This document shows positions 52,801 to 64,000 of a DNA stretch of 64,000 bases, in pieces (positions within the stretch are counted from its first letter, which is position 1; each line of letters opens with the position of its first letter). Source of the stretch: Phoronis australis (taxonomy: Eukaryota; Animalia; Phoronida); the NCBI GenBank assembly GCA_002633005.1, contig NMRA01000285.1, positions 488,970-552,969 on the forward strand. Reading direction: 5' to 3'. The position numbers and the translations under genes were made by a program. A model generated the notes under the pieces. That model had not been told where the DNA came from. It saw nothing but the letters and a program-made list of their open reading frames with translations, and searched no databases.

Positions 52801-55800
52801 ATTTACACAAATTACAGCTGTCATAATAATTCTACTTGTGCTTATAACAGCTGCATCAGACACTAGAGGTTAGTTACAAATAGCTAGCTCCATTATTGTG
52901 CAACAAGACGTGAAATGTGCATATGAACTTAACAAATTTTAGAGTGTTTCGGATGACAAAATGTATTTGTCCTTCGTCTGCGTTACTAAGACAAGGAACT
53001 GCTTCAAATACCACAACAATGAATTCACCTAGTAAGCATAGAACAGTCGTAGACATAAAGTTAACAACGGAAACATGTAGCGATATTGTGAAGGTCTCCT
53101 CCCTGCCCATGCGCTGTAGGGTTGTAACGCGGTGGCATGCTACTATGGAGTTGGAAAGGGATCCATCGTTAAAATATTGAAGGCTGGACATGACCTGTCT
53201 GCCATAGGCACTTTTAATGCACATTTTCTGATGTCATGAAACAGGCAACTAAATGTATGTGTGCCTGAATGAAGAGAATCCGGAAGATATCGGGAACCAG
53301 ACTACTGGAATAGGGAAGAGAAATGGCAAGAAATATATGCCCGCCCCCAAACTGTCACCGACAACAGAGGCATTCACAGAGCCCATTACCAGTCGGTCAT
53401 GTGGTGGAACGTCACCAGCACTAGATTCAGAGGACTATGGATGGAAGAAAGACACCATGAACAAATCACTCTCACCATCTATAATTCCGCATGGTGTCCA
53501 ACTCGCTCCTATTGCATACTGTTGATGATTTGGCGTGACTGCAAAAGTCAGATTCAATGAATTGCAGTGTCAATTTTCTACCCCGCACAACATTTTGGGC
53601 ACGCTATACTGTAGTGTGCTCACGTTCCAAGTGTTGGATTAGCATTTGAAACGTCTTATTACTGGTCTCCATTAGACAGCTTATGTCCTGGGTTTATGTA
53701 ATTAAACAATTTGGTCATCTACTACATATACCCTGGGTATCAGACAAAACTAGAATTTGTAATGTTGTGTAATAAATTACAGATCATTTTTGATGTAATG
53801 ACAGATTACCTACAATTCATCAGTAAAAATACCAAAATAATTTACATGTAGTGGCCCCCGTAAGAAAGTTACGAGCTGAAACAGAATTTTTAATAATGGC
53901 CGCCTTTATTTTCATAAATTATGCTAATTTATCCTGCAACTTGCAAACTGATGTCATTAACCTAATTGACCATGGGAAAATACTAGGTTCAAATATCATG
54001 AGAATTTAACTGTGATACTTGGTACCGCAGCTATAATCACTATTAGAATTTTGAATAATGGCACTTTTAATTTGCATTAGTTATGCAAATTTGCATTAAT
54101 TATGCAAAGTTATCACGCAACAATGTGCAAACTGATTTTATTAAACTAATTGACCAAAAGATTATAGGTGCAAAATCATGATAGTTCATCTGTGGTGATG
54201 GATACAGTACTGTAGCTATAAGCACAAGAACAATTGTGAATAATGACGGCCTTAATTTGCATAAATTATGCAAATTGACAACGTATCCACCAAAAAACTT
54301 TCACTATTAAATTCGTTGACCATGGAAATATGGGTGAAAGCATCAAAATAACTTGCCTGCAGTGCTTGGTAAGGAAATTATAAGCAAAAATGGAATTTTG
54401 CATAATGATGGCGTTTATTTGCATAAATTATGCAAATCGACAATGTATTCACCAAAAAATTGGACTATTAAATTCATTGACTATGAAAACATGGGTATAA
54501 ACGTCAAAATTATTTGGCTGCAGTGCTTGGTACGGGAATTATAAGCAAAAATAAAATTTTGCATAATGGCGACCTTAATTTGCATATTTAAAGATGCTCA
54601 AGGGTTGCGAACGGTCACCCCTCTAAATCATGGTTACTAAACCCTAGCGTACATGAAACAGCAAAAAAATACTTTATCCGCCAAAACCAGGTTCAACCCC
54701 CTGGCTCCCGAACTATTTTGGTAGTATTTGCATTGAAGAACATGTTCACGTGACCCAATAAATGGGAGAATATTACACAGCCTACAGTTTGTCTTCCTTC
54801 AGATAAAAATTTAAAAATCTAGTCTTGTTGGTGTTTGGCTGCATACAAAGACTTGACTCAATAAGCAGCATAACTGTAATCAATGTATCACAGAATACAT
54901 ATAGATGTTCTCGATGTCGCAGTTTTCAGTCGATGCCCACCATTGTCGTGTAACTCGATCGCATAAAGCATTGGTCATGTTTGCCGATTTGCATATACTT
55001 CGCAAGTAGTTTTCGAATTTGCTCCAAACGTTTGAGAGTTGGCGATAGTTACACGTTTTATAATGTTTTAGCGAACTGGAAGGGATTTTCTTTTCAAATT
55101 TAAAGAGAGGCTTTAAATAATGTCACATCATCACAGAACACGCAAGCACAATTATTAATTTCTTGATCCACGATGGCATTTTTTGAGTTTCAGAGAATAT
55201 TCTGGCAGATACTTATTCTTCTCCAAGTTGCATCTGTTCTTGCCGTTTTCTCCAACAGTTTCCTCTGTCGTTTCTAAATGCCGGTTTAAAATCCTTGAAG
55301 CTCAACAAAAATTAGTCTAATTCTGAAATAATTTTAATTTCCAGTGAAAACTTTTAATGTAACGAAACTTTTTAACACTTTTTTGTGACGGACGTACGGC
55401 ACCATGATATACAGGAGTTGAGCTTTGACCCCAAGAGGTGGATGGTGTGCCAAAGTTGAAATGTTATTTTTATAAAGTTTTTTGGTTCATGTGATTGCAC
55501 ACATATGATAGTGTAGTGAAATACCCATAACAATAAATAGCAACACACATGAAAATCGAGCTAATTTTTTTAGGGTGAAGTGACCCACAAAAATGGGTTC
55601 ACTGAGGCAAAAACTTGAACGTTATAGGACTATCAAATATGGGTCCTGAAACTAAAGAGAATGGGATTTCAGATAAGACCAGGAATGTTAGTGTGGCCGC
55701 AATTTTTTATTTTTTTCCTCGAGGTTGACCTTTTCACGGAATTGCCCATTTATTATTGCTGTCAACAGTATGTGCTGGTACGGGCCTCAGGATCCTAAAC

Positions 55801-58481
55801 TGCATGATATGGTTAAGACAAACCTACGGGCACGTGCACCTGTTTAAATTTTGTTGCCATACATGTATGCTGGTAGGGGATTCAATGGTTTGCTGTTCCG
55901 CTACTAACAGCTCGTTATTGACTTGTGAAGGGGAGACATTTTATTCGCCGTGTACGGTCTCGAGAAATTTCAAACTGTGAGATTGCAAGACCTGATCACT
56001 CATCATCTAAAAAAGAACGAAAAATGGGTTTGTTGCCCGTTTTCATAATAAACTGTGATTACCTGATTGTGTTTTCTAATGGTAACTCCGCAACCATAAA
56101 TAGGCGTAATTTATTGCCACGCGAACAAGTCATCGAATAACGGACTGGTCAGGAACACCTCGTTTATTTTCGTAGCTTTGAATTATCCCGGTCGGAGGTG
56201 TTTCGTTTCGGCGCATGCGCCCTCTGTAGTCTGTTACTTGGATCCAATGGCTTTCTGACAAACAGATTGTCTTCTTTTCCACTACATTTCAACATTTTTT
56301 TAAAAACGAGTTGGCCTGCAGAAAGGCATCTGCCTCTTGATGATTTTAAATTGTACCATTTTTGCTTTAAGACAAATTTTCCGTTGTGTTCTGCCCCCAG
56401 TCTTGACAATCTGTTTTTCCTAAGTCATACTCATCATTTGCGAGATAGTACAAAGAGCAATCCCGCGTCGGATACCGGCGGGGGATTCCCGCAGGGCGTC
56501 GGAACAACGCAATTTCAAGTAATTATACTAATAATCTTCTCTTTTCGAGCAAACGTTGCTAGCATCATTTTTTCGCTTATGAGCTTATAGAATATTGAAC
56601 GCAAACATCGTTCTTCTTTTTCCCTAGCGATGAAAATTTTATGAATGGAACTAACCGGCAACCAAAATTAAACCGAATCTCAAGTGAAAATCTCACACTA
56701 AATCAAATAAAAAGAACTTTTTGAATTTTTATTTTGAATCTGTTCATGAATCTTTATATGAAATGACATCTACCATGCTGATGGTGCTATACCTTTCCTG
56801 CACCATTACTTCTTTCAAATAATAAAAAAACTACAATCTTTCTGTTTTCAGAAAACATGTCCATTTTCTGAGTACAATTTTCAGCGAGTTTCCCTAACAG
56901 CTCATGCTTCCAGGTGAGGTTACTCCCCAGCCATTGTCACAACGCCTACCTTTTCTGGTACGCAAGTTAATTGTTCCCCCGCATTACCAACAGTTGCGCA
57001 TAATCTCTTGACCTGAGCACAGAGGGACCAAAACGTCAGTTATCTCCGGCTGAGCTACCCTAGCTCATACATGGTGCATTAGATTCGTTATAATCGGGAG
57101 GGGGGAGGGCACTAAACTTGGGGTAATAAAGTGTATCCTAAACCGGCTGAATTTCACCCTTTTTCGCTGCGACATGAGTGAGGGTGAGTTGGATTTTGGG
57201 GACGGCTTGGACCCGGGGAAGGCCCGGCCGGGAGCGTTGGCTGGCCCTGTGCCATGCGATGCTCTGGTGGGAACCACTGCAGGTCCTCCAGGTATGTTTG
57301 TGCCAGCACTGTTATGTAGTGCAATTTCCCTTGTAGTTAAGGCATAGCAGTGTCTGGTAGGTGGGTGTGGTATGATGTCAGTAGAGGTACCTGTAATGTA
57401 CAGCGACCACAACATGGAGGCAAATCCGGGAATGGCATCGGTCTCTTTCTCATTGATTGCGAATACCTTTTCCCCCATCCCCTGCCACTCCTTTACCAGG
57501 GTCACGGCCCCCACGCGGGTTGTGGCTTTGAACAGGATTGTTTATCCATGAACAACCCTGCCCATGTGGCACATACTGAGCCACAACACCACGTTCCTTA
57601 CAATATCTCTTTTTATCACTCCTGCTGGTCTGCTCACTCAGCTTGTCCGGAACCCTGCTTTGCAGGTTGTTATAGCCCAGTTGGCTGTTTGGTGTACCCA
57701 CTTGGTACTTTACATGCTATTTGCCCATTTGGCAGTTTGTACCCACTTGGTACTTGTTATTGAATTTGCCGTTTTGCTCGACCCAGTTGATAGGCAATCG
57801 GCCAATACCCATTTGGTATTTTGTACCCATTTGGTGCTATGCTAACCTGTGCCACTTAGTATCCGATACTCAGTTACACTTTGGGTATCGGAAATGTGTG
57901 TGTTATCTTTTGTAATTAAGGAACCCATCTGGTTCCTTCTGTCAAATATTTATTTGTAGAGCTGTGACCCTGAAATTCCCAATACAACTTAAAATATATA
58001 TCATTCTTGTTGTTTATTTGTCCCCAATAAATAACTTTCCAAACCGATTGGAATTTCTGGTGGTGTCTCAGTTGAATGCCAGTAAATGCGCGTTGAAATA
58101 TAATTTACCAAATGTTTCAAGTTATTATAGTAAAATCACCAAGAATGTATTTCCAAATTAGTTATAAGTATAATTACATTGATTAAATTAATTGTTGAAA
58201 TGGGTCATTTTCTTAAACTTAGGGTAAACAAACTGCCTGTTTTATGCTTACGTGCCAATTTGAGAACATCTTTCCTCGTCAGAAGCCACCGCTGCGTATC
58301 GATACTGTCCGAGTTTATAACCGTCCTCTGGAAAGGATTCACTACTTTCTCTGGTAGTGAACTGCAAGTTCTGTTGTTGCTTGGTGATCGACGATGCGCC
58401 ATATGTTTGATGTTGCCTCGTAACGACAATCCAAACTCCAAGCCCGATTACAAGGACAGAGAGCATGAGAAAAGCTGGCAT
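37667..58481 (-). CDS. GGT: Gamma-glutamyltranspeptidase (GGT1-like), copy B; 593 aa from ATG 58481, or 626 aa from ATG 62556
   Basis: Exons 58510-58252, 50896-50771, 49662-49565, 46172-45980, 44749-44586, 42442-42296, 41835-41705, 41062-40875, 40709-40469, 39474-39361, 37816-37667. Continuous frame; exons 3 and 6-12 have the same sizes as in copy A; DFREEAP, SIGVPGE, GKLPW, GTAH, SDFRKGG present. Confidence 0.94.
39361..39474 (-). CDS. GGT: GGT-B exon 11
   Basis: [25 protein letters not shown]. Confidence 0.92.
39796..40196. mobile_element. PIF/Harbinger-like foldback MITE
   Basis: ggcccggtctccaatcttt ... aaagattagagaccgtgcc with long imperfect arms; CTG TSD on both sides. Confidence 0.75.
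40469..40709 (-). CDS. GGT: GGT-B exon 10
   Basis: [15 protein letters not shown]...[11 protein letters not shown]...GASGGSKIT. Confidence 0.94.
40875..41062 (-). CDS. GGT: GGT-B exon 9 (catalytic Thr)
   Basis: [22 protein letters not shown]. Confidence 0.93.
41705..41835 (-). CDS. GGT: GGT-B exon 8
   Basis: [20 protein letters not shown]. Confidence 0.93.
42296..42442 (-). CDS. GGT: GGT-B exon 7
   Basis: [11 protein letters not shown]...[17 protein letters not shown]. Confidence 0.92.
42923..43893. mobile_element. Non-autonomous TIR element (hAT-like CAGTGGCGGATCTAGG terminus) with 5-bp TSD
   Basis: cagtggcggatctagg ... cctaaatctgcctatg; TTTCT directly on both flanks. Confidence 0.68.
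43134..43192 (-). other. tRNA-derived sequence (SINE head or tRNA pseudogene)
   Basis: Reverse strand has A box TGGTGTAGTGG and B box GAGTTCGAGTC with the anticodon arm missing. Confidence 0.5.
44586..44749 (-). CDS. GGT: GGT-B exon 6
   Basis: [31 protein letters not shown]. Confidence 0.92.
45980..46172 (-). CDS. GGT: GGT-B exon 5
   Basis: [32 protein letters not shown]. Confidence 0.94.
46588..48031. mobile_element. Kolobok-type DNA transposon, internally deleted, in GGT-B intron 4
   Basis: ~160-bp imperfect TIRs (46588-46745 / 47880-48031); TTAA on both sides (46584-87, 48032-35); 5'-AGG terminus; THAP remnant on - strand and MFEPEY-containing KolX-like start on + strand, convergent. 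Confidence 0.82.
47147..47781 (-). pseudogene. THAP zinc-finger N-terminus of the Kolobok transposase, frameshifted and truncated
   Basis: MPYC/frameshift/LSTHC...[13 protein letters not shown]...VCGKHF..DY...LKKGAIPSL (C2CH plus AVPTIF-like box); no DDE core follows. Confidence 0.85.
49565..49662 (-). CDS. GGT: GGT-B exon 4
   Basis: [18 protein letters not shown] (substrate-binding Arg). Confidence 0.92.
50771..50896 (-). CDS. GGT: GGT-B exon 3
   Basis: [29 protein letters not shown]. Confidence 0.93.
51745..52850 (+). repeat. Subterminal tandem array, ~160-bp unit (mirror array at 53870-54590)
   Basis: 51861-52022 repeated essentially exactly at 52023-52184; recurrent palindromic core tttgcataa(g/t)ttatgcaaattaaggcc. 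Confidence 0.9.
52950..53560 (+). pseudogene. Decayed C-terminal (XPG-like) portion of the Academ transposase
   Basis: [25 protein letters not shown] (HALSGCD..GIGK-like), [18 protein letters not shown]...LSP...LAP, with stops and frameshifts. Confidence 0.7.
57660..57890. repeat. Degenerate short-motif array (acccaNttggta)
   Basis: gtacccacttggtac twice, gcccatttggca, acccagttgata, tacccatttggta, tacccatttggtg. Confidence 0.6.
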
Positions 58482-58510
58482 GTTTGCGGTGATGTTCTTT
58501 GTGCGATTTC
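58252..58510 (-). CDS. GGT: GGT-B exon 2
   Basis: [20 protein letters not shown]...[16 protein letters not shown]. Confidence 0.9.
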
Positions 58511-61500
58511 CTGTAGTGAAGAACAGCTGCTATTGAATAATAGTTAGAGTCAGTCAGAAAACTGGAAGTATATTTCTACCGTGGCAGAGACAATAGTCCA
58601 GTTTTCACTACCAAAGTTGACACGGAGCGAAATGATCGGACGCAAATAGGTGTGTAAACAGAACTGACAAGGAGCAAAGTGACACCACGGTGACAACTTC
58701 TGTCACCCGTTTGTGAGGTAGAGCAAATTGCGCCCGATCATCTTGCTCCGTGATAAGCGTATGTCTCGACGCAAAACTGGGTAAGTCAGAAGGGATCCTC
58801 TTTATTGCGCTTGCGCAAAACGCGCATAAGTGGTAGTTTTCGTGCAATTTCTATGATTTGCCAATAAGCTGTCCAGTGCCTTGTCTTTTGACTTTAACCC
58901 TGACCCCCATCCATATTGTGAAGAAACTGTCAAAAAATCAAACACTGTAACCTGTCAAGACTGGGTTCAATTCAAATGCAGGTTTATGTACAATATGCCT
59001 ACTGATGATGGTGCTAATCAGCTGATCACAAAATCATTGAAGCAAAACTCAATGTCACGAATTGTGTACACTTGGGGGAATTAGAAGCACCATGATAATA
59101 ATAACAATAACAAAATTAATAGTGAACCGTTACCCACAATTTGCATCTCCGCATTCGTGCCTACAACTTCCGCCTTGCCACCGTTGTAAGGGTGTGTAAG
59201 CGGCCATTAGACACCGATCATCTTGCGCTGTGTCAGTTGTAATTGCGCTGGGTCAAAAGTTAATGTCTAAACAGGATTACTGGCAGCAATAACGGTAGTG
59301 GCAGGAATACTGAACTACGCACCCCACACGAACAACATTAAATGGCATTTGAAACTTGTTCACTTGAGAGTTTCATATCCTGATGCTTTCGAAACAATTC
59401 GGCTATTTTCGTTGCCTTAAGTTTACCTTCGTAGCACCTCAATCACTTCGTGTATTTTCGGAGACCAAGCTTTGACCTCGTATGTAAACGTTATTTGTTA
59501 TTATGAGCGGACTTCAGTCATGTGACTTTCAAATTGGATAATGATTTCCTGTATCACTGACGTTCGCACATGCTAAGATAACTTTCAACTCCAATGGAAA
59601 ATGGAAAATTTGAGCCTTCAAAAATAGCCGTTGCGTTCCAAATGCTCACGGAGGTGAACGTTTGACCTACATGTACATTATGAGCATGTGCGGACTCCAG
59701 AGGCATTTTAATTGTAATTGATTCCTTAACAACCATTTGACATTATAGTTCCAGTTGAGGATTGCGCAATTGCGGACTTTTTAACGGAAAGAAGATAAAA
59801 CGTTCCGAAATGACTTTAAAACTTCCTCAGCGGAGTTCATGCGCCAATGAATGTTTCTAAATTCATCGTTTTGTCAAAATTCACCTCGCCAATCACGCAT
59901 GCTTTCGTATCGCCGTAAACAATACAATTTTCAGTTGAAGACTATTAGCTGTAAAGTTTGTGAACACGACAATTATAACGTTACCATACATGTATGTTCA
60001 TGAACATGTTCTTTAGTTGTGTTTTGCTTAGATAAAACACATTAATTATTTCCGACTGGGTCCACTTGAAAATCAATGTTTTCACTGAAAGGTCACTCAG
60101 TCTTTTAAAGAAGTTTAAATATTAACAATAACAATAACGACATCAATGATAACATGACATCCGTATCTCCGGAAGAATACCTATTACTAAACGCAGATTG
60201 ACTCACTTCAATCGTGACGTCAGGCGGAAATCTTTACTATAAGAAAGTAATAATTGTGTGCGGATATATCTGCATAGAGCCAACATGCAACGACCTCACG
60301 ATCGACACCGACTGTGTAATGGGCCTCTAATGGTGTTCGTATTGGCAATGTAAACATAATTTTCTAGCTTGCGATTACCCAGAATTCGTTCTACCTATTG
60401 ACCAATAGAGCCTTTATGTTTAAAAGGCTATTTGTTTTTCGATCTTGACATGTTTAGATTTAGAGATAACGTTTTTCAAAACGAGACATTTAAGTTTAGG
60501 AAGGTGTTCGTTTTTCCAGAGCAACGTAATCTGTAGTTACATATATTTTAGTTAAAGAGGAAAGCTAGCGTTTCCAGTGTCATTTTTATTAAATTGTGGT
60601 TTTCTGGTTATCGTTAATAAATGTTCAAGTTAATCAATGAAATTTCCAGTTGATTATGATGTGTCAATGCATAAGTGGTGAATCATCGTCATTTACATGC
60701 ACTTCGCACTGCGGTTGACATCGGATGCGTCATTGTCGGCATATCTTGTCGGCAATATAGTCTGACATAACGTGCCCGCATTTTGAGAACCAGTTTGATG
60801 CCCATTCTTTAGTGGGGAAAACTGGGTCGCACAATGCGGCACGTTATATCAGAGCATTACCTCATTGCGGGCCCTCTTGGAAAGCAGTGCTATCACTGAA
60901 GAGGCCACCCTCATTTTAAATATCACAATAATAAATAAATAAATAAATTGCTTACGTGAGGTTGTAATGCATGCATTTACATTAGACAATGATTTGCCTG
61001 GGCCCAAGTCTCATTCAGAACTCTTAGAAGTTGTTGCCTACCGGGATGCTTGCATCATGAGCTCACGAAGAACTTAAAATTCCCGGGGTTTTACTGATTA
61101 CTAGTGAATGACCCATTCATCGGAGTAAGCTCGTTCGTGCCAAGAATGTAGCATTCCCGCTCACGCCTCGAATAAAGCGGGGAAACTGTAGTATATACGG
61201 CAAACTCTTCTTGCCGTTAGATTACAAAAGCCACATTACAAGCTGCCGAGATCACTAAAATACCTGTTAAAAATAAACATATTATGATCTAAAGAAGGTT
61301 GCCATACCGTCGATATTTCCCTTCTTTGCTCCATCGTCACCTGTTAGGTATTATGCTTCGTTTCTTTTTAAAACGGGAAGTGTCGCGAACTGCAGCCACT
61401 GTAGTGACTCAAAACCACGATGTTGGCGCGCGCGAACAGTCACCGCTGCGTCCAAGGCCGACAACTACCGATATAGCACAGCTTCACCATGTACTTGATT

Positions 61501-62486
61501 CGTATCTTTGTCGGTGGTCGCCAATTCCAGAGCACAAGTCCCGTGCAATGCACATAAAACAATCATGCTAAAACCCTACTTTACTGATTTTAAGTAGGAT
61601 TTGTTCGGGAATACTCGTCACCAGGCAAATAGGTAATAGGCACTGTTTTGAAAATAGCATGCAATCAACAAATCACAATGAATATTCGCACAAAAAATTA
61701 ACGGGAAATGATTTGGGCCAAGGACGTCACTTCAGGAGTGGCGCATGCAAAATTAATTAGAACCCGTGAGAAATTTTAATCAAATGTTTAAAATATTGCA
61801 CTGGGTGAAAACCACGCAAAGCCTTCAGTGTCAGTTCGGGAGATACCGTCTGACCAATGTGGTGACATGCCTCAGATCTTCCACGAAAAAAAGACGTTGC
61901 ATTGCCATTTAACTGCCAGCTGGATAAAGTCAGCAGTGCTAGCAAAGCTGTTCCAAACACTTGCTCACATGTAGATGAGAATTTATTCCGTCTTCGTCAA
62001 ACAAGCTGACAACGTACACCAGAGCTCGATCCTCGGCTACGTGAACGGATACAAACGTGAACGTGCAGGTCGGCATTCTTTGCATACTACTTCATAATGT
62101 TGACCGGTACGTTTTTGCGTCCACTCACAAAACACAATACATTGTACTTTTGCTTTACCATAAAAACAAGCGAATGAAAATGTACATAAAACAGTGATTA
62201 GCTTACCGAAATAAAACATTGACTTGCTGATCTGTCGTAGACGCCAAATCTATTCGAATGTTTTGGTTGAATGTTTTCGATTGGTTAATCATCAGCACCC
62301 AATAATGAGCAAGTCTAGTAAGTCAAAGTCACCTTCCAAGAGCGACTAATCCAACAGCTCACATACAGTAGACTACGTGTAGCAGAAACAAAAATGCATG
62401 CGCGACCCTCACCTGTGAACTATGGTAACGCACATGCTGGCGTTCGCGTCCGACGTGTAACCGAAGCTCCCTCATAACTCACCCAC

Positions 62487-62556
62487 CTGTACTTAACCAG
62501 AGTACACATATAATGTATGATGATTTGCCACCAAGACAATTATGCACCACTGTCAT
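62487..62556 (-). CDS. GGT: GGT-B putative exon 1 (coding in a shifted frame, or 5' UTR)
   Basis: Reverse strand ctggttaagtacag|gtgggtgagt is homologous to copy A exon 1; ATG 62556 gives phase 1, in frame with exon 2. Confidence 0.5.
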
Positions 62557-64000
62557 TCAGTGTTTGTCATCTACTTTGAAAGACATCGCATGTTACGCAT
62601 GTAGGATAGTGACAGCACTGTGCCAGCATGCCTCGCTAAATGCATTAAAAAGTTGACCAAATGTCATTTTCACACGAAAAACAAGAAATTCAAACACGTG
62701 CTCGTGAGCTATATTTGTTTTTGCAACAGATAACGTCAAGAAATTTGATAATTTTCCTATTTACTTGTTGGGATTAAAATTTAAGCTATAATGGCGGAAA
62801 TTGTTCTTAGCAACAGGCAACCGAAAACTTTTCTGCTATTAAGCAGCTTGCTGCGGCTCACGACAACTGTGAGCATAACCATTTAGTGATAAATTTTCTA
62901 AACGTTAGATCAACTTATTATTACCATCGCAATGCAAGGAGATTATGTTTTGCCTTTGTTTAAAGGAGTGTTTGTGTGTGTGTCCCGAAGGGTCATTCCA
63001 AAGAATAGGTATATGACACCAGCAAGTGTACCCAATAATTTTGAGAGACCCCCTCATAGTTCGGTGCCCCCACGCCTCCCTTCCGGTGACGTACCCCCCG
63101 TCCTTTCCCGACTGCCAGCTTCGTTGGCCATTTGCGGACCCAAAGTACAAATGATTCTAACACCATTGTTAATGAGAATCCATGTTGCAAAGGCCCTCTG
63201 ATAGTGATACTTCTAGTAGAACTGAGGTTGAGTGCAAAACTACTGTTCGATAGCAGCCTTATAATAAATATCGAAATAACATTTTAGACTAATTTAGACT
63301 TTAAGGGTAAAATAGCCTCTCCGCCNGTACATATGCACAAATTTTGGGCAACTTAAAATGGATCTATTCTTACTAATTGCTTAATCAATATTTATTCTGA
63401 CAATGCAAATAAAAGAAAAATTCTAGTTTATGTTTCACCTTTTTTATCTTTTATTACTAGGAGATATGCATTGAGTAAAGAAAGAGGGGCGTCCGATAAA
63501 ATGTCGCCCAAACATCTGTCTGCTACTTCCCCACTTTTGTTGCATGTGGAGTGTTTCTGTAGATTATGCAAATGGTTTCAAGCGTTGATGGGGAAATCTA
63601 TCTCAAAAAATACATGGAATTTTGTAGACTATTTTGCAACTGGTTTCATGTAATTACATTGTACCTCTTGGTTTGATTTAGCTCAATTTTAAACCTTTTG
63701 TTATCGTCTGGTAGAGACACCCACCGCTGAAATTGTCTGGCATCTTAGTGACGTGTGATGTGCAGAGATGGTGAACATCGTGCAATAGGTTTCAAATGGT
63801 TAGCTGGTGGTTTGATTTAGCTCAGTTATTTGAACGTGTCTAGTGGGGCTAATCCACCGTTTGTCTGCCAGTGTTTATTCGCGATACCTGAGCTGACGGT
63901 GATTATTTTGCAACTTGTGGATCAAGCTAATTTTTAACCTGTTTATATAACCGCCTGTCTGATACTTCCCACCACTAAAGTCGTCTGGCAGTAGTAGGTA

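Larger units (their letters stand above)
51608..54715 (+). mobile_element. Academ-type DNA transposon derivative in GGT-B intron 2
   Basis: TAGT...ACTA termini, TTT on both flanks (3-bp TSD), long imperfect TIRs continuing into ~160-bp subterminal repeats; decayed coding remnant 52950-53560. Confidence 0.8.

Noticed and set aside
51745-54590. CRISPR-like or centromeric satellite array
   Set aside because: Eukaryotic context; whole units repeat without unique spacers; the arrays are mirrored inside transposon termini
37667-58510. GGT-B as merely the other haplotype of GGT-A, or a pseudogene
   Set aside because: Introns are much more diverged than the allele-like 1.4-kb duplicate, transposon content differs, and the frame is intact with a synonymous bias
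58600-64000. Short ORFs upstream of GGT-B exon 2
   Set aside because: No recognisable motifs or consistent exon chain apart from the exon-1 homologue at 62487-62556

Overview
AT-rich, intron-rich animal genomic DNA, probably a heterozygous marine invertebrate (inferred from gene and transposon content). It has one 986-N gap (4884-5869) and two single-N joins (14154, 63326). Three spliced genes can be rebuilt by hand from GT-AG junctions and reading frame. (1) A gamma-glutamyltranspeptidase, GGT-A (+, 319-13858); exons 4-5 probably lie in the gap and the last exon occurs twice. (2) A 10-exon DEG/ENaC (ASIC-like) channel (+, 18108-33912, ~971 aa). (3) An intact inverted paralogue, GGT-B (-, 37667-58481, exon 1 near 62.5 kb). 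The standout is the channel. A single 1582-nt exon inserts ~470 aa of heptad-rich, sequon-bearing helical sequence into the knuckle domain. Two complete thumb disulfide pairs are lost and the ASIC proton-sensing His/Lys are absent, while the HG, FPAVTICN, GDIGG and GAS motifs are intact. Introns carry a Kolobok deletion derivative (THAP plus KolX remnants), an Academ derivative with ~160-bp subterminal repeats, LINE 3' fragments and many MITEs.
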